DNA of 64,000 nt, taken from assembly GCA_903870145.1 (NCBI GenBank), contig CAIQBO010000030.1:6823-70822 (forward strand), given 5' to 3'. The DNA is from an uncultured Burkholderiales bacterium (GTDB lineage Bacteria > Pseudomonadota > Gammaproteobacteria > Burkholderiales > Burkholderiaceae_C). This document shows, in pieces, positions 51,746 to 64,000 of the stretch. Made by a program: the position numbers and the translations under genes. Below the pieces are notes generated by a model. The model did no database searches. It was not told where the DNA came from and worked only from the letters and a program-made list of their open reading frames with translations. Numbering within the stretch: position 1 is the stretch's first letter; the number at the start of each line of letters is the position of its first letter.

Positions 51746-53221
51746 TCAAGGCAATTTGCTCACAGCCACGTGCTGCAACAAATTGGCCACCGAGGTTTCC
51801 ATCACATCGGTAAAAGGTTTGGGATACAGGCCCATGTACAAAACAGCAATGGCCAACAGTGCCAACATGGTGAATTCGCGCGCATTGATGTCACTCAATT
51901 CTTTGACATGGTCGTTGGCAACCGGGCCCAAATAAACGCGCTTGAACATCCACAGCGTGTAAGCGGCGCCAAAAATCAAAGCCGAGGCTGACAACAAGCC
52001 AACCCAGAAATTGAACTTGACCGCGCCCAATATCACCATCCACTCACCCACAAAACCAGCTGTGCCAGGCAAGCCGCAATTGGCCATGGCAAAGAACAAG
52101 GCAAATGCGGTGAACTTGGGCATGGTATTGACCACGCCGCCGTAACTGGCAATCTCACGCGAGTGCATACGGTCGTACAAAACACCGATGGCCAAGAACA
52201 TGGCTGCCGAGACAAAACCGTGCGCGATCATTTGCACCAAGCCGCCCGAGACACCCAGTGGGCTGAAGATGAAAAAGCCCAGCGTCACAAAGCCCATGTG
52301 CGCAACAGACGAATACGCCACGAGTTTTTTCATGTCTTGTTGCACCATCGCCACCAGGCCCACATAGACCACGGCAATCAAAGACAAGGTGATGATGAAA
52401 CCGCCCCACTCATGCGCCGCATCGGGTGCGATAGGCAAAGAGAAACGCAAGAAACCATAGGCACCCAGTTTGAGCATGATGGCGGCCAGCACGGCCGAGC
52501 CGCCTGTGGGCGCTTCCACGTGCACATCGGGCAGCCAAGTGTGAACTGGCCACATTGGAACTTTGACGGCGAAGGCAGCAAAAAAAGCAAAGAACAGCAA
52601 TGTTTGTGCTGTGCTGGTCAAAGGCAATTTGTGCCAGCTTGCAATGTCAAAACTGCCGCCCGATTGGGTGTACAAATAAATCAAAGCCACCAGCGTGAGC
52701 AAGGAGCCCAGCAAGGTGTACAAGAAAAACTTGAAGGCCGCGTAGATTTTGTTCGGGCCGCCCCAAATGCCAATGATCAAATACATCGGGATCAAAGTGG
52801 CTTCGAAAAACACATAAAACAGCAAGCCGTCTTGTGCGCAGAAAACACCCATCATCAAACCCGACAAAATCAGGAACGAGGCCATGTATTGACTGACTTT
52901 GCGCGTGATCACTTCCCAACCGGCAATGACCACCACCAAATTGATAAAGGCCGTCAGCAGCACGAACCACAATGAAATACCGTCAACCCCTAAGTGGTAG
53001 CTGACGTTAAAGCGCTCAATCCAAGGCGCTTTTTCAACAAACTGCATGGCGGCCGTGTCCAGTTTGAAGCCTTGGTACAAAGGCAAGGTGACCAGGAAAC
53101 TGACAGCCGACCCGATCAAGGCCAACCAGCGCACTGCGCGGCTTTGCTCGTCACGCCCCAAGGCCAACAACACGACGCCAAAGGCAATCGGCGTCCAGAT
53201 GGCAAGGCTCAACAATCCCAT
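51746..53221 (-). CDS. nuoM: NADH-quinone oxidoreductase subunit M
   Basis: LGVDGISL, FEATLIPMY, KVPMWPVHTWLPDVHVEAP, KLGAYG, KKLVAYSS. Confidence 0.96.
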   Translation of the reverse strand: MGLLSLAIWTPIAFGVVLLALGRDEQSRAVRWLALIGSAVSFLVTLPLYQGFKLDTAAMQFVEKAPWIERFNVSYHLGVDGISLWFVLLTAFINLVVVIAGWEVITRKVSQYMASFLILSGLMMGVFCAQDGLLFYVFFEATLIPMYLIIGIWGGPNKIYAAFKFFLYTLLGSLLTLVALIYLYTQSGGSFDIASWHKLPLTSTAQTLLFFAFFAAFAVKVPMWPVHTWLPDVHVEAPTGGSAVLAAIMLKLGAYGFLRFSLPIAPDAAHEWGGFIITLSLIAVVYVGLVAMVQQDMKKLVAYSSVAHMGFVTLGFFIFSPLGVSGGLVQMIAHGFVSAAMFLAIGVLYDRMHSREIASYGGVVNTMPKFTAFALFFAMANCGLPGTAGFVGEWMVILGAVKFNFWVGLLSASALIFGAAYTLWMFKRVYLGPVANDHVKELSDINAREFTMLALLAIAVLYMGLYPKPFTDVMETSVANLLQHVAVSKLP

Positions 53222-53233
53222 TTTGATGTTTCC

Positions 53234-55255
53234 TTATTTATTGAGCCAGACGAAGTACGTCATGAGCACAAAAATGCCCAAGATCATGACCAAGGCGTAG
53301 TGATACAGATAACCCGTTTGGAGTTTGCGCGACCAAGCCGAGACTTTTCCCACCAGCTTCCAAGAACCGTCGACAAAGAAGCCATCGATCACCGTGCGAT
53401 CGCCAACTTTCCACAAGCCATTGCCCAGTGCGCGTGCACCGCGGGCCAAAATATTTTCATTGATCCAGTCCATGAAATATTTATTTTCCAAAATCAAGAC
53501 CAAAGGCCGCAAAGCCCGCCCAATGGCAGCCGGCACGGCCGGGTTGATCAAATACATGTACCAAGCCGTGACCACCCCGGCCAAGGCCAGCCAGAAGGGC
53601 GCTGTGCTCAATGCGTGCAAGGCCATGGCCACAGGACCGTGAAAGGCCGACTTCAGCTCTTGCATCACCGGGTGCTTGACTGCATCCACAATGATCGCGT
53701 CTTTGAACAGATCGCCGAAAAGCATTGGGTTGATGGTCATGAAGCCAATCACCACCGAAGGAATGGCCAGCAAAATCAAGGGCACAGTCACGACCCATGG
53801 CGACTCATGCGGCTTGTGTGCGTCGTGCCCATGGCCATCGTGGTGGGCGTCATGGTGCGCATCGGGATTTTGGTCGTAACGCTCTTTGCCATGGAACACC
53901 AAGAAATACATGCGGAACGAGTAAAAAGCCGTCACGAACACACCCGCCAACACTGCAAAGTGAGCAAACCCAGCGCCCGCCAAATGGCTCTCATGCACCG
54001 CCTCGATGATGCTGTCCTTGGAGTAAAAGCCTGAAAACAAAGGCGTTCCGATCAAGGCCAAAGATCCGAGCAAGGAAGTGATCCAAGTGATGGGCATGTA
54101 TTTGCGCACGCCGCCCATCCAGCGAATGTCTTGGTTGTGATGCAAGCCCATGATGACCGAGCCAGCCGCTAAAAACAGCAAGGCTTTAAAGAACGCGTGC
54201 GTCATCAAGTGGAACACCGCGACTGAATAAGCAGATGCGCCCAAGGCCACGGTCATGTAACCCAACTGCGACAAAGTGGAGTAAGCCACCACGCGCTTGA
54301 TGTCGTTTTGAATGATGCCCAAAAAGCCCATGAACAAGGCTGTGATGGCGCCAATCACCATGACGAAGTTCAATGCAGTCTCTGACAACTCAAACAGGGG
54401 CGACATGCGCGCCACCATGAAGATGCCTGCGGTGACCATGGTGGCCGCGTGGATCAAGGCCGAGATCGGGGTGGGGCCTTCCATGGAGTCGGGCAACCAC
54501 ACATGCAAGGGGAACTGCGCCGACTTGCCCATGGCACCGATGAACAAGCAAATGCAAATCACGGTGACCAGCATCCATGAGGTGCCCGGTAAACTCAAGG
54601 CGGTCAACTCAGCGCCTTTGGCAAAAACTTCGGCGTAATCCAAAGTGCCTGCATAAGCGGCGATCAAGCCAATGCCCAAAATAAAACCGAAGTCCCCCAC
54701 ACGGTTGACCAGGAAAGCTTTCATGTTGGCGAAAATAGCGCTGGGTTTGTTGAACCAAAAACCGATCAGCAAATAAGACACCAAGCCAACGGCTTCCCAG
54801 CCGAAGAACAGTTGCAGCATGTTGTTGCTCATGACCAGCATCAACATGGAGAAGGTGAACAAAGAAATGTAGGCAAAGAATCGGTTGTAACCCTCATCTT
54901 CTTCCATGTAACCAATGGTGTAGATGTGCACCATCAAGGAAACGAAGGTCACCACACACATCATCATGGCGGTCAGGCCGTCGATCAAAAAGCCCACTTC
55001 CATTTTCAGGCCACCCACCACCATCCAGGTGTAGAGCGACTCGTTAAAGCGCGCGCCATCCATGACCACACTTTTGAGTGTCATGGCCGACAAAATAAAG
55101 GCCAGCAGCACACCCAAAATGGTCAGGCTGTGCGTCAAGCGTCGGCCGATCCAATTGCCGCCGAATTGGGTTCCAAAAACACCGGCCAAGATGGCGCCCA
55201 CCAAGGGGGCCATTGGCACGGCAAGCAGGGTACTGGCGTTGAGGGTTTGGCTCAT
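53234..55255 (-). CDS. nuoL: NADH-quinone oxidoreductase subunit L
   Basis: GWEAVGLVSYLLIGF, GKSAQFPLHVWLPDSMEGPTP, AYSTLSQLG, HAFFKALLFL. Confidence 0.96.
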   Translation of the reverse strand: MSQTLNASTLLAVPMAPLVGAILAGVFGTQFGGNWIGRRLTHSLTILGVLLAFILSAMTLKSVVMDGARFNESLYTWMVVGGLKMEVGFLIDGLTAMMMCVVTFVSLMVHIYTIGYMEEDEGYNRFFAYISLFTFSMLMLVMSNNMLQLFFGWEAVGLVSYLLIGFWFNKPSAIFANMKAFLVNRVGDFGFILGIGLIAAYAGTLDYAEVFAKGAELTALSLPGTSWMLVTVICICLFIGAMGKSAQFPLHVWLPDSMEGPTPISALIHAATMVTAGIFMVARMSPLFELSETALNFVMVIGAITALFMGFLGIIQNDIKRVVAYSTLSQLGYMTVALGASAYSVAVFHLMTHAFFKALLFLAAGSVIMGLHHNQDIRWMGGVRKYMPITWITSLLGSLALIGTPLFSGFYSKDSIIEAVHESHLAGAGFAHFAVLAGVFVTAFYSFRMYFLVFHGKERYDQNPDAHHDAHHDGHGHDAHKPHESPWVVTVPLILLAIPSVVIGFMTINPMLFGDLFKDAIIVDAVKHPVMQELKSAFHGPVAMALHALSTAPFWLALAGVVTAWYMYLINPAVPAAIGRALRPLVLILENKYFMDWINENILARGARALGNGLWKVGDRTVIDGFFVDGSWKLVGKVSAWSRKLQTGYLYHYALVMILGIFVLMTYFVWLNK

Positions 55256-55266
55256 TGTTTAACCTC

Positions 55267-55575
55267 TTAACCCTTGAGCGAATTGAGTTCGTCCACATTG
55301 ATGCTGTTTTTGTTGCGGAACAACAGCACCAAAATGGCCAGGCCAATGGCCGATTCGGCGGCCGCCACGGTCAAGATGAAGAACACGAACACTTGTCCAT
55401 GCATGTCACCCAGATAGTGAGAGAACGCCACAAAATTCATATTGACCGCCAGCAACATCAACTCAATCGCCATCAGCAAAACGATTAAGTTTTTGCGGTT
55501 CAAGAAAATACCAATCACGGCCAGCGCAAACAGCATTGCGCCCAGAGCCAAATAGTGTCCGAGTGTCAAAGCCAT
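55267..55575 (-). CDS. nuoK: NADH-quinone oxidoreductase subunit K
   Basis: [25 protein letters not shown]. Confidence 0.95.
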   Translation of the reverse strand: MALTLGHYLALGAMLFALAVIGIFLNRKNLIVLLMAIELMLLAVNMNFVAFSHYLGDMHGQVFVFFILTVAAAESAIGLAILVLLFRNKNSINVDELNSLKG

Positions 55576-56243
55576 CACTTGGCCTCCTTTGCAACTGCAT
55601 CGCCTGCCACATCCGGCGGCTGCGGCGCCTGGCCCGGTTGTGTGACGTCCATTTTGAGCACCACCATGCGGTCACTGGCGCGCACGCGAACTTGCTCAGA
55701 AGGGTTGATGGCTTTGCTGTCTTTGCGTTCGCGCAAGGTCAATGCAATCGCCGCGATCATGGCTACCAACAAAATAGCTGCAGCCACCTGGATCGGCATC
55801 AAGTACTCGGTGTACAGCAAAATGCCCAGCGCTTTGCTGTTGGAGACTTGCACTGGCGCCTGCCCCACGGCAAGTGCCGCCTGAACCGGTTGCGACATGC
55901 GAAAGCCACTCATCAAAACAGCGGCCATTTCAAGCGCCACCAAAGCGCCCAAGGTGGCGGCCAGTGGGAAATGTTTCCAAAAGCCTTCTCGCATGGTGTC
56001 CAAATTGATGTCCAGCATCATGACCACAAACAAGAACAGGACCATCACGGCGCCCAGGTACACCAGCACCAAAGTGATGGCCAAAAACTCTGCTTGCAAC
56101 AGCAACCACAAAGCCGAAGCTTGTGAGAAAGCCAGCATGAGGTACAGCACCGCATGCACTGGGTTGCGCGCCGTGACCACCCGCAAGGCAGCAAACAGCA
56201 GCACCAGCGAGAAGAGGTAGAAGAAACCAGTTTTGACGTCCAT
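55575..56243 (-). CDS. nuoJ: NADH-quinone oxidoreductase subunit J
   Basis: [36 protein letters not shown]. Confidence 0.94.
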   Translation of the reverse strand: MDVKTGFFYLFSLVLLFAALRVVTARNPVHAVLYLMLAFSQASALWLLLQAEFLAITLVLVYLGAVMVLFLFVVMMLDINLDTMREGFWKHFPLAATLGALVALEMAAVLMSGFRMSQPVQAALAVGQAPVQVSNSKALGILLYTEYLMPIQVAAAILLVAMIAAIALTLRERKDSKAINPSEQVRVRASDRMVVLKMDVTQPGQAPQPPDVAGDAVAKEAK

Positions 56244-56279
56244 GGGTTGCGCTCTCAATGTTCTGTCGAGGCCGCCGAC

Positions 56280-56789
56280 TCAGCGGTACTTGGCATCGGC
56301 CGCTCTGGCCGCTGCGATGTCTTTTTCAAAGCGGTCACCCACCGCCAACAACATCTCTTTGGTGAAATGCAAGTCGCCTCGCTTCTCACCGTGGTATTCC
56401 AAAATAGAGGTTTCCACGATGGAGTCGACAGGGCAACTTTCTTCACAAAATCCGCAGAAGATGCATTTGGTCAGATCAATGTCGTAGCGTGTGGTGCGGC
56501 GTGAGCCGTCATCTCGCACTTCAGATTCGATGGTGATGGCCATGGCCGGGCACACGGCTTCACACAACTTGCACGCAATGCAACGCTCTTCGCCATTTTC
56601 ATAACGACGCAGTGCATGCAGCCCCCTGAACCGAGGCGAAAGAGGTGTTTTCTCTTCCGGAAATTGCACCGTCACTTTGCGACGAAATGCGTAACGGCCC
56701 GTTAAGACCATGCCTTTGATCAACTCCACGAGCATGAAGCTCTTGAAGAAATCCTTCAGCGAAAAATTGGATACAGCCACAGCAGACAT
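56280..56789 (-). CDS. nuoI: NADH-quinone oxidoreductase subunit I
   Basis: [31 protein letters not shown]. Confidence 0.97.
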   Translation of the reverse strand: MSAVAVSNFSLKDFFKSFMLVELIKGMVLTGRYAFRRKVTVQFPEEKTPLSPRFRGLHALRRYENGEERCIACKLCEAVCPAMAITIESEVRDDGSRRTTRYDIDLTKCIFCGFCEESCPVDSIVETSILEYHGEKRGDLHFTKEMLLAVGDRFEKDIAAARAADAKYR

Positions 56790-56801
56790 GTCTTGACCCG
56801 G

Positions 56802-57884
56802 TTACTTCCAAATGTTCCAAGGCGAGTGCAACCACACGCCGACGATCAACAGCCACACCAACGTGACTGGAATAAAAATCTTCCAACCCAAACGCATGAT
56901 TTGGTCATAACGGAAACGCGGGAAAGTTGCGCGAATCCAAATGAACATTGAAACCACCACAAAAGTTTTCACCCCCAACCAAATCCACCCTGGAATCCAG
57001 TTGAACAAAACACTGTCGATGGGTGACATCCAGCCACCCAAAAACATGATGACGGCCAAAATAGAGACCAACCACATGCTGGCGTATTCGGCCAAGAAGA
57101 AAATAGCAAAGCCCATGCCCGAGTACTCGACCATGTGACCTGCGACGATCTCCGACTCCCCTTCCACCACGTCAAACGGGTGGCGGTTGGTCTCGGCCAC
57201 ACCCGAGATCAGGTAGACCATGAAAATGGGGAACAAGGGCAACCAATTCCACGACAGGAAATTAAAGCCCATGCCTGCGGCCATGCCCTTGCCTTGGGCC
57301 AGCACAATGTCCGTCAAGTTCATGCTGCCCGAGACCATCAAGACCACCACGAAGCAAAAGCCCATGGCAATCTCGTAGCTGACCATTTGCGCTGACGCGC
57401 GCAAGGCACCCAGAAAAGCGTATTTGGAGTTGGAGGCCCAGCCCGCGATGATCACGCCGTAAACCTCGATCGAAGTGATGGCCATGACCAGCAGCAAACC
57501 TGCATTCAAATTCGTCAGGGCCACTTCAGGACCGAACGGAATGGCCACCCATGCGGCCAATGCCGGCATGATCGCCATGATCGGGCCAAGGCGAAACAAG
57601 CCTGGACTAACCGCTGTCGGGCTGATGATTTCTTTGGTCAGCAACTTGAGCGCATCAGCGATGGGTTGCAACAAGCCCATAGGGCCGACCCGGTTGGGGC
57701 CATAGCGTACTTGGATGAAGCCCAAGAGTTTGCGCTCCCACAAAGTCAGGTAAGCAACGGCGCCCATCAAAGGCGCGAGCACGCAAACAATTTTGATCAA
57801 AATCCAAAGCACCGGCCAGGCCATCTCTGACCACCAAGCGGCAGGCCATGCACCCAAGCCTGCGTTGTAGAGTGCGTCAATCAT
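56802..57884 (-). CDS. nuoH: NADH-quinone oxidoreductase subunit H
   Basis: [48 protein letters not shown]. Confidence 0.97.
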   Translation of the reverse strand: MIDALYNAGLGAWPAAWWSEMAWPVLWILIKIVCVLAPLMGAVAYLTLWERKLLGFIQVRYGPNRVGPMGLLQPIADALKLLTKEIISPTAVSPGLFRLGPIMAIMPALAAWVAIPFGPEVALTNLNAGLLLVMAITSIEVYGVIIAGWASNSKYAFLGALRASAQMVSYEIAMGFCFVVVLMVSGSMNLTDIVLAQGKGMAAGMGFNFLSWNWLPLFPIFMVYLISGVAETNRHPFDVVEGESEIVAGHMVEYSGMGFAIFFLAEYASMWLVSILAVIMFLGGWMSPIDSVLFNWIPGWIWLGVKTFVVVSMFIWIRATFPRFRYDQIMRLGWKIFIPVTLVWLLIVGVWLHSPWNIWK

Positions 57885-60022
57885 GCGGCCACCTCCACCT
57901 TTTGCGCATTTGAACTTGCCTTGAGATGGGCGCGTGCATCAGCGGTCAGTTGCAATGCGGGGGCTCTTCGCACCAAGCCATCCAATTGGTAGATCGAGGC
58001 CACGCAAGGCGCTTCATCCGCAGCGCGCATTTGCACTGGCGCTTGGCTTGCATTGCTCAAAACCAGCGGCTCTTGCACGGCTTGTTTTAATACATCTTGA
58101 GATGTTTCAAAGGCCAAGTTGGGCAGGCCCAATAAATTGGCCAGAACGCGCAACACCTTCCAGGCCGGACGGGTTTGACCCAAGGGCTTGACCACCGCGT
58201 GGAAGCTTTGCACGCGGCCTTCTGCATTGACAAAACTGCCCGATGTTTCAGTGAACGGGGCAATGGGCAACAGCACATCAGAAAAAGCCATGTTGGCTTT
58301 GAACGGGCTCAAAGTGACCACCATGTCCATTGCACTCAGCGCAGCAGCGGCCTTTGCCCCAGCGGCCGAATCAAACTCAGGCTCGGTGTTGAGCAGCAAC
58401 GCCGCCTTGACGCCCCCGGCCAGCATTTGACCGGCGTTCAAGCCACCGCTTTGCGGCTGCGCTTTGACCCACTGCGCGCCTACGGTGTTGGCCGCTTCGG
58501 TCAAATAACCCCAGCTGGCGCCAGTTTGCTCTGCGATCCACTGCGCCAAGCTGAGCAAACTCGCGGCATTGCCGTGGTGCGCTGCTGCGTTGCCCAACAA
58601 AATAGCCTTGCGCTCGCCGCCCAGCAAAGATGCTGCAATGGCTTTGGCTTGCGCAGTGACTTGCCCTTGCGCAGGTGCGGTCAATCCCTTCTCTGCGGCA
58701 ATTGCGGTTGCCACATTGGCCAAGCTTTGCGCCCACATGCCCGCTTGCACCACGTCCCTGTGGGCCACAGGCATGGCCCAAGCGTCTGGGCTATGGAATA
58801 AACTTCCAGAGGTGATGAGGCTCAGCTGCGCGCCCAGACGAACCGCTTGGCGAATGCGCTGCGCAAACAAAGGATGGTCTTTGCGTAAATTGCTTCCCAC
58901 CACCAGCACGCGCTGCAAGCTGGACAAACTGGCAATCGACGAGCCCAGGTAACGCACGCCCTGCCCGCTTGCAAATTCGGCATGGCGCAGGCGGTGGTCA
59001 ATATTGTCTGAGCCCATGGCGCGCATCAAGGTGCTGGCCAAATGCAATTCTTCCAAAGTGCTGTGCGGGCTGACCAAGGCGCCAATGCTGCGCGCACCGT
59101 GATCGGCTTTGATTTGGTTCAAGCCATTGGCAATGTATTCAAGTGCTGTTTGCCAGTCGACCTCTTGCCACTTGCCGCCTTGCTTGAGCATGGGCATCTG
59201 CAAACGCTCAGGGCCGTTCAAGGCTTCATAAGAGAAACGATCGCGATCGGCGATCCAGCACTCGTTGACTTCTTCGTTCTCTAGTGGCACCACGCGCATG
59301 ACGTGGTTGCTCTTGACTTGAATCACCAAGTTCGCGCCCGAGGAATCGTGCGGCGCAATGGATTTGCGGCGTGACAACTCCCAAGTGCGCGCGCTGTAGC
59401 GAAATGGTTTGCTGGTCAAGGCGCCCACAGGGCAAATATCGATCATGTTGCCCGAGAGTTCTGAGTCGACTGACTGACCGACAAAGGTTTCAATCTCGGC
59501 GTGCTCACCGCGGTGCGACATGCCCAGCTCCATGATGCCGGCAACTTCTTGGCCAAAGCGAACGCAGCGCGTGCAGTGGATGCAACGGCTCATCTCTTGC
59601 ATGCTCACCAACGGGCCCACATCTTTGTGAAAGACCACACGTTTTTCTTCTTCGTAGCGAGAAGTCGAGCCGCCATAACCAACCGCCAAGTCTTGCAATT
59701 GGCATTCGCCGCCTTGGTCACAAATAGGGCAATCCAAGGGGTGATTGATGAGCAAAAACTCCATCACCGATTGCTGGGCTTTGATGGCCTTGTCAGACTT
59801 GGTGCGAACAATCATGCCTTGCGTCACGGGCGTGGCGCAGGCCGGCATGGGCTTGGGCGCTTTTTCAACATCGACCAAGCACATGCGGCAATTGGCCGCA
59901 ATGCTCAATTTCTTGTGATAGCAAAAGTGCGGGATGTAGGTGCCCGCTTTTTCAGCCGCATGCATGACCATGCTGCCTTCAACAACTTCCACCTTCTGAC
60001 CGTCAAGTTCAATTTCAACCAT
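57881..60022 (-). CDS. nuoG: NADH-quinone oxidoreductase subunit G
   Basis: [47 protein letters not shown]; start MVEIEL at 60022. Confidence 0.96.
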   Translation of the reverse strand: MVEIELDGQKVEVVEGSMVMHAAEKAGTYIPHFCYHKKLSIAANCRMCLVDVEKAPKPMPACATPVTQGMIVRTKSDKAIKAQQSVMEFLLINHPLDCPICDQGGECQLQDLAVGYGGSTSRYEEEKRVVFHKDVGPLVSMQEMSRCIHCTRCVRFGQEVAGIMELGMSHRGEHAEIETFVGQSVDSELSGNMIDICPVGALTSKPFRYSARTWELSRRKSIAPHDSSGANLVIQVKSNHVMRVVPLENEEVNECWIADRDRFSYEALNGPERLQMPMLKQGGKWQEVDWQTALEYIANGLNQIKADHGARSIGALVSPHSTLEELHLASTLMRAMGSDNIDHRLRHAEFASGQGVRYLGSSIASLSSLQRVLVVGSNLRKDHPLFAQRIRQAVRLGAQLSLITSGSLFHSPDAWAMPVAHRDVVQAGMWAQSLANVATAIAAEKGLTAPAQGQVTAQAKAIAASLLGGERKAILLGNAAAHHGNAASLLSLAQWIAEQTGASWGYLTEAANTVGAQWVKAQPQSGGLNAGQMLAGGVKAALLLNTEPEFDSAAGAKAAAALSAMDMVVTLSPFKANMAFSDVLLPIAPFTETSGSFVNAEGRVQSFHAVVKPLGQTRPAWKVLRVLANLLGLPNLAFETSQDVLKQAVQEPLVLSNASQAPVQMRAADEAPCVASIYQLDGLVRRAPALQLTADARAHLKASSNAQKVEVAA

Positions 60023-60036
60023 AGGTTTCTGCCGGT

Positions 60037-61401
60037 TCAAACGTAAGCGGAGACCATGCAGGTCTTGTGCTCAACGTGGTATTCAAATTCAGAACGGAAA
60101 TACTTCAACATGCCGCGCACGGGCATGGCCGCCGCATCACCCAACGCGCAAATGGTTCGGCCTTGAATGTTGTCTGCCACCGAGTTCAGCAAGTCCAAGT
60201 CACTGGCGCGGCCGTGGCCGTTTTCAATTCGATCGACCATGCGCCACAACCAACCCGTGCCTTCACGGCAAGGCGTGCATTGCCCGCAAGACTCATGCGA
60301 ATAAAAGTAAGACAAACGCTGCAAGGACTTGACCATGCAGCGTGTCTCGTCCATCACGATCACAGCGCCAGAGCCCAGCATCGAGCCAGCTTTGGCGATC
60401 GAGTCGTAGTCCATGGTGCAGTCCATCATGATGTTGGCAGGTAACACGGGCGCAGATGAGCCGCCAGGAATCACGGCCTTCAACTGCCGCCCACCGCGCA
60501 TGCCGCCCGCCAACTCCAAGAGCTTGGCAAAGGGTGTGCCCATGGGAATTTCGTAGTTGCCAGGGCGCTCTACATCACCGCTGATCGAATAAATTTTGGT
60601 GCCGCCGTTATTGGGTTTGCCGCACGCCAAATAAGCTGCACCGCCATTTCGGATGATCCAAGGAACAGCCGCGAATGTTTCGGTGTTGTTGATGGTGGTG
60701 GGCTTGCCATACAGGCCAAAGCTGGCGGGAAATGGCGGCTTGAATCGAGGCTGGCCTTTTTTGCCCTCCAAAGATTCCAACAAGGCGGTTTCTTCACCGC
60801 AGATGTACGCGCCAAAACCGTGCGCAGCATGCAACTGAAAATCAAAGTTGCTGCCCATGATTTTCTGGCCCAAAAAGCCAGCGGCGCGGGCCTCTTCCAG
60901 GGCCTCTTCAAAGCGATCGTAGGTTTGGAAAATTTCGCCGTGAATGTAGTTGTAGCCCACATTGATGCCCATGGCATAAGCCGCGATGGCCATGCCCTCA
61001 ATCACGATGTGCGGGTTGAACTGCAAAATATCACGGTCTTTGCAAGTGCCTGGCTCGCCTTCGTCAGAGTTGCAGACCAAATATTTTTGGCCAGGGAACT
61101 GGCGCGGCATGAAACTCCATTTCAAGCCGGTGGGAAACCCTGCACCGCCGCGGCCGCGCAAAGCTGATTCTTTGACTGTGGCAATGACTTGGTCTTGGCT
61201 CAAACCTTCGCCGCCATCTTTGCCCAAAATCTTGCGCAAAGCTTGGTAACCACCGCGCGCTTCGTAATCTTTCAAGGACCAATTGCGCCCATCCAAACCC
61301 ACCAGAATTTGCGGGCTGAGGTGGCGATCATGGAAACACGTTTCTTGACCCGTTGCGCCAAACTGCGACAACAGTTGCTGAACATTCATGTTGGCGCTCA
61401 T
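60037..61401 (-). CDS. nuoF: NADH-quinone oxidoreductase subunit F
   Basis: [46 protein letters not shown]. Confidence 0.97.
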   Translation of the reverse strand: MSANMNVQQLLSQFGATGQETCFHDRHLSPQILVGLDGRNWSLKDYEARGGYQALRKILGKDGGEGLSQDQVIATVKESALRGRGGAGFPTGLKWSFMPRQFPGQKYLVCNSDEGEPGTCKDRDILQFNPHIVIEGMAIAAYAMGINVGYNYIHGEIFQTYDRFEEALEEARAAGFLGQKIMGSNFDFQLHAAHGFGAYICGEETALLESLEGKKGQPRFKPPFPASFGLYGKPTTINNTETFAAVPWIIRNGGAAYLACGKPNNGGTKIYSISGDVERPGNYEIPMGTPFAKLLELAGGMRGGRQLKAVIPGGSSAPVLPANIMMDCTMDYDSIAKAGSMLGSGAVIVMDETRCMVKSLQRLSYFYSHESCGQCTPCREGTGWLWRMVDRIENGHGRASDLDLLNSVADNIQGRTICALGDAAAMPVRGMLKYFRSEFEYHVEHKTCMVSAYV

Positions 61402-61889
61402 GCTGGGCCTCCATCTTTCTTGAGGCCGTCAATCAGCTGATCGAGTTTGTCATTGCTCATGAAACTGCACATGCTGCGGTCGTTGACCAGCAACACCGGC
61501 GCATCTGCACAAGCACCTTGACATTCACTGGGCTGCAATGTGAAGAGCCCATCGGCTGTGGTCTGCCCCACTTCGATGCCCAAGCGCTTTTGCAAATGCT
61601 GCAAAGCTTTCTGGCCACCGCCCAATTGGCATGGCAAATTGGTGCACACGTTCAACTTGTATTTGCCAACAGGCTTTTGGTTGTACATGTTGTAAAAAGT
61701 GGTGACTTCGTGCACGGCCATGGGCGCCATGCCCAAATACTGGGCCACCTCTTTTTCGCTCTCTGGGCTGACCCATCCGAGCTCTTGCTGAACAATCGCA
61801 AGACAGGCCATCACGGCCGACTGCTTTTGATCTGCTGGGAATTTTGCCACTTCGCGAGCGAAGCGTTCTTTGCTTGCATCAGAGATCAT
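61398..61889 (-). CDS. nuoE: NADH-quinone oxidoreductase subunit E
   Basis: [26 protein letters not shown]. Confidence 0.96.
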   Translation of the reverse strand: MISDASKERFAREVAKFPADQKQSAVMACLAIVQQELGWVSPESEKEVAQYLGMAPMAVHEVTTFYNMYNQKPVGKYKLNVCTNLPCQLGGGQKALQHLQKRLGIEVGQTTADGLFTLQPSECQGACADAPVLLVNDRSMCSFMSNDKLDQLIDGLKKDGGPA

Positions 61890-63139
61890 CTGTCAATCTC
61901 TCCAAACACAATGTCCATGGTGCCGATGATGGCCACTGCGTCGGCCAACATGTGGCCACGGGCCATTTCATCAAGGGTTGCCAAGTGGGCAAAGCCCGGG
62001 GCGCGGATTTTCAAACGGTAGGGCTTGTTGGCACCGTCGCTGACGATGTAGATGCCAAACTCGCCTTTGGGGTGTTCCACGGCTGCGTAGGCTTGGCCTT
62101 CGGGCACGTGGAATCCTTCGGTGAAAAGTTTAAAGTGGTGAATCAAGCCTTCCATGTTGGACTTCATGGATTCGCGTGAAGGTGGTGCCACTTTTTGGTT
62201 GTCGGTGATCACCAAGCCAGGGTTGACTCGCAACCACTTCACACATTGCTGGATGATGCGGTTGGACTCGCGCATCTCTTGCATGCGCACCAAATAGCGG
62301 TCGTAACTGTCGCCCGTTTTGCCCACAGGCACATCAAATTCAACTTTGTCGTAAACATCGTAGGGCTGCTTTTTACGCAAATCCCAAGCCACACCGGAGC
62401 CGCGCAGCATGGGGCCGGTCATGCCCAAGTTCAGCGCCCGCTCGGGCGATACCACACCAATGCCCACGGTGCGTTGCTTCCAAATTCGGTTGTCAGTCAG
62501 CAAGGTTTCGTACTCTTGCATGCACTTAGGGAAACGCTGCGTGAAGTCCTCAATAAAGTCGAGCAGCGAGCCCTGACGGTTGCTGTTTCTTTGCGCAATG
62601 GCCTTGGCGTTTCTGATCTTGTTAAGTTGGTACTGCGGCATGCTGTCGGGCAGGTCGCGGTAGACGCCGCCGGGCCGGAAATAAGCTGCGTGCATGCGCG
62701 CGCCAGAGACTGCTTCGTACATGTCAAACAGGTCTTCGCGCTCGCGGAAGGTGTAGATCAAAATGGTCGAGCTGCCGCAATCATTGCCGTGCGAGCCCAG
62801 CCACATCAAGTGATTGAGCAATCGGGTGATTTCGGCAAACATCACGCGGATGTACTGCGCACGCAAGGGCACTTCGATGCCCAATAATTTTTCAATCGCC
62901 AAACAATAAGCGTGCTCATTGCACATCATGGAGACGTAGTCCAAGCGGTCCATGTAGGGCAACGATTGGATGTAGGTTTTGCTCTCGGCCAGTTTTTCGG
63001 TGGCGCGGTGCAATAAGCCGATGTGCGGGTCAGCGCGTTGCACGACCTCGCCATCGAGCTCAAGCACCAAGCGCAGCACGCCGTGCGCGGCCGGGTGTTG
63101 CGGGCCAAAGTTCAGGGTGTAGTTTTTAATGTCTGCCAT
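61886..63139 (-). CDS. nuoD: NADH-quinone oxidoreductase subunit D
   Basis: [46 protein letters not shown]. Confidence 0.97.
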   Translation of the reverse strand: MADIKNYTLNFGPQHPAAHGVLRLVLELDGEVVQRADPHIGLLHRATEKLAESKTYIQSLPYMDRLDYVSMMCNEHAYCLAIEKLLGIEVPLRAQYIRVMFAEITRLLNHLMWLGSHGNDCGSSTILIYTFREREDLFDMYEAVSGARMHAAYFRPGGVYRDLPDSMPQYQLNKIRNAKAIAQRNSNRQGSLLDFIEDFTQRFPKCMQEYETLLTDNRIWKQRTVGIGVVSPERALNLGMTGPMLRGSGVAWDLRKKQPYDVYDKVEFDVPVGKTGDSYDRYLVRMQEMRESNRIIQQCVKWLRVNPGLVITDNQKVAPPSRESMKSNMEGLIHHFKLFTEGFHVPEGQAYAAVEHPKGEFGIYIVSDGANKPYRLKIRAPGFAHLATLDEMARGHMLADAVAIIGTMDIVFGEIDR

Positions 63140-63165
63140 GTTGATTCACACGAAGGCTGAGCGCT

Positions 63166-63774
63166 TCAGTGCAGGCCTCCGTAATTGTCTTCACGCACAA
63201 TTCTGGGCGTGATCTCGCGCGGCTCGATCGAGACGGGCTCGTAAATTACGCGCGCAAGCTCTGCGTCATAGCGCATTTCAACGTGGCCCGAGAGAGGGAA
63301 GTCTTTGCGAAATGGGTGGCCGATGAAACCGTAGTCTGTCAGGATGCGGCGCAAATCAGCATGGCCTTCAAAGACAATGCCAAACAAATCAAAGGCTTCA
63401 CGCTCGTACCAATTGGCCGAATTCCAAAGCACGGTGACTGAATCTACCTTGGGCAGATCGTCCTCAGGGCACATCACGACCACGCGCACGCGCTGGTTCA
63501 GGCTAACCGACAACAAGTGTGCCACCACAGCAAATCGAGCGCCCTCTGTGCCGATATCTCGGTAAGTGGCGTAGTCGACGCCGCAAATGTCAATGAGTTG
63601 CTCAAATTTGCAAGTCGCAGCGTCTCGCAAAGTTTGCATCACGCTCAGGTAGTTGGCAGCAGGCACGGTGACCGTGACTTCGCCCAGCGCCACAGTGATG
63701 TCGGACACTTGAGCGCCCAACACATCGGCCAAATTAATTTTGAGTTGTTCGGGGTGAATGGCGAAAGAAGTCAT
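63166..63774 (-). CDS. nuoC: NADH-quinone oxidoreductase subunit C
   Basis: [38 protein letters not shown]. Confidence 0.96.
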   Translation of the reverse strand: MTSFAIHPEQLKINLADVLGAQVSDITVALGEVTVTVPAANYLSVMQTLRDAATCKFEQLIDICGVDYATYRDIGTEGARFAVVAHLLSVSLNQRVRVVVMCPEDDLPKVDSVTVLWNSANWYEREAFDLFGIVFEGHADLRRILTDYGFIGHPFRKDFPLSGHVEMRYDAELARVIYEPVSIEPREITPRIVREDNYGGLH

Positions 63775-63783
63775 GTGCGTCTT

Positions 63784-64000
63784 TCAAACCCGCGCAATAG
63801 TTTGCGTGCGGCGAATTTTCTGCTGCAACTGCATGATGCCGTAGATCAAGGCTTCGGCAGTAGGTGGGCAGCCTGGCACATAGACGTCCACAGGCACCAC
63901 GCGGTCACAGCCGCGCACCACGGAGTAACTGTAATGGTAGTAACCACCGCCATTGGCGCAAGAGCCCATCGAGATGACCCAACGCGGCTCCGACATTTGG
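63784..64000 (-). CDS. nuoB: NADH-quinone oxidoreductase subunit B (5' truncated by window edge)
   Basis: [31 protein letters not shown]. Confidence 0.95.
   Translation of the reverse strand, partial: QMSEPRWVISMGSCANGGGYYHYSYSVVRGCDRVVPVDVYVPGCPPTAEALIYGIMQLQQKIRRTQTIARV

Noticed and set aside
50194-54034. Long + strand ORFs (290, 270, 346 aa) antisense to nuoN/M/L
   Set aside because: Shadow frames of well-conserved nuo genes; no independent evidence of coding.

Overview
Chromosomal window from a betaproteobacterium (Burkholderiales, Comamonadaceae-like, judged from gene order and protein sequences). It is mostly core genes: parC/parE, dapA-bamC, dut/coaBC, pyrG-kdsA-eno-ftsB, hslO, xerD, queG/tsaE/amiC/mutL/miaA, arfB and nuoB-N (complex I). 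The standout accessory locus is 27.4-31.6 kb. A perfect FNR-type palindrome precedes an E. coli-type (heme-less, four-subunit) fumarate reductase frdABCD. It is followed directly by a divergent RquA-like rhodoquinone-biosynthesis gene with an unusual hydrophobic N-terminus, which suggests an oxygen-regulated rhodoquinone/fumarate respiration module. Other notable items: (1) an excisionase-type HTH fused to a B12-binding domain carrying the CarH photoreceptor W-x9-EH motif; (2) a structured leader with alternative pairings upstream of a small Pro/Ala lipoprotein; (3) a circularly permuted ATP-grasp/alpha-E plus transglutaminase module; (4) a PLP dehydratase plus D-aminoacylase pair; (5) a 47-aa basic ORF missed by the ORF track; (6) a recurring -10 hexamer 5-8 nt before start codons, suggesting leaderless mRNAs. 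No rRNA, tRNA, CRISPR array or transposase was seen. All family assignments come from motif recognition and memory, not from database searches.
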